Assembly: GCA_027021705.1 (NCBI GenBank)
Contig: JALUTT010000078.1
Location: 1-10,134 of the forward strand
DNA from: Anaerolineae bacterium
GTDB lineage: Bacteria; Chloroflexota; Anaerolineae; S140-20
Length of the DNA stretch: 10,134 nucleotides
Direction of reading: 5' to 3'
A program made the position numbers and the translations under genes. This document shows positions 10,006-10,134 of the stretch, piece after piece (position 1 is the stretch's first letter; the number at the start of each line of letters is the position of its first letter). The notes beneath the pieces are model-generated. The model was not told where the DNA came from and did no database searches. It was given only the letters and a program-made list of their open reading frames with translations.

Positions 10006-10134
10006 CCCTGCCCAAGAGACATCCGCGCCGACCCGTCGCACCCGCGTCTATCCGCGTCCCCCCTGCCCAAGAGACATCCGCGCCGACCCGTCGCACCCGC
10101 GTCTATCCGCGTCCCCCCTCCCTGCCCAAGAGAC
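9958..10134. repeat. 55-bp tandem repeat (3 full copies plus the start of a 4th), continuing to the right edge
   Basis: The unit CAAGAGACATCCGCGCCGACCCGTCGCACCCGYGTCTATCCGCGTCCCCCCTGCC starts at 9958, 10013, 10068 and 10127. Periods are 55, 55 and 59. There is one T/C difference at 9990 and a 4-nt insertion in copy 3. Confidence 0.95.

Noticed and set aside
9899..10096. 65-aa minus-strand ORF
   Set aside because: It is a translation of the tandem/REP-like repeat, with no evidence of coding.
9958..10134. Possible CRISPR array
   Set aside because: The units are contiguous and near-identical with no unique spacers, and no cas gene is seen. It is a tandem repeat.

Overview
High-GC bacterial window; a Chloroflexota-like origin is a guess from protein style only. 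About 89% is one giant minus-strand CDS missing from the ORF track because it has no stop in the window. It starts at ATG 9029, behind a GAGGAG RBS, and is still open at base 1 (>=3009 codons). By manual translation it is a secreted RHS/YD-repeat, polymorphic-toxin-like protein: signal peptide, Ser/Pro linker, Ig-like domain, a domain ending in YPVVIDP, 14 beta-propeller-like blades, PKD, DUF11/CARDB-like Ig, a ZU5-like domain ending in HFS, an SpvB/TcB-like start, a YD-repeat shell, then an Arg/Pro/Gly linker and a ConA-like domain where the RHS core motif would normally follow. Upstream are four 11-bp-phased TCTAAC-like boxes, an extended -10, and a ~255-nt structured leader with an intrinsic terminator ~30 nt before the ATG plus a competing antiterminator pairing; this is a candidate undescribed attenuator or riboswitch. 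Further right lie a 5'-truncated, nonsense-interrupted XerC/D-like recombinase pseudogene and a 55-bp tandem repeat built from REP-like ATCCGYG motifs.
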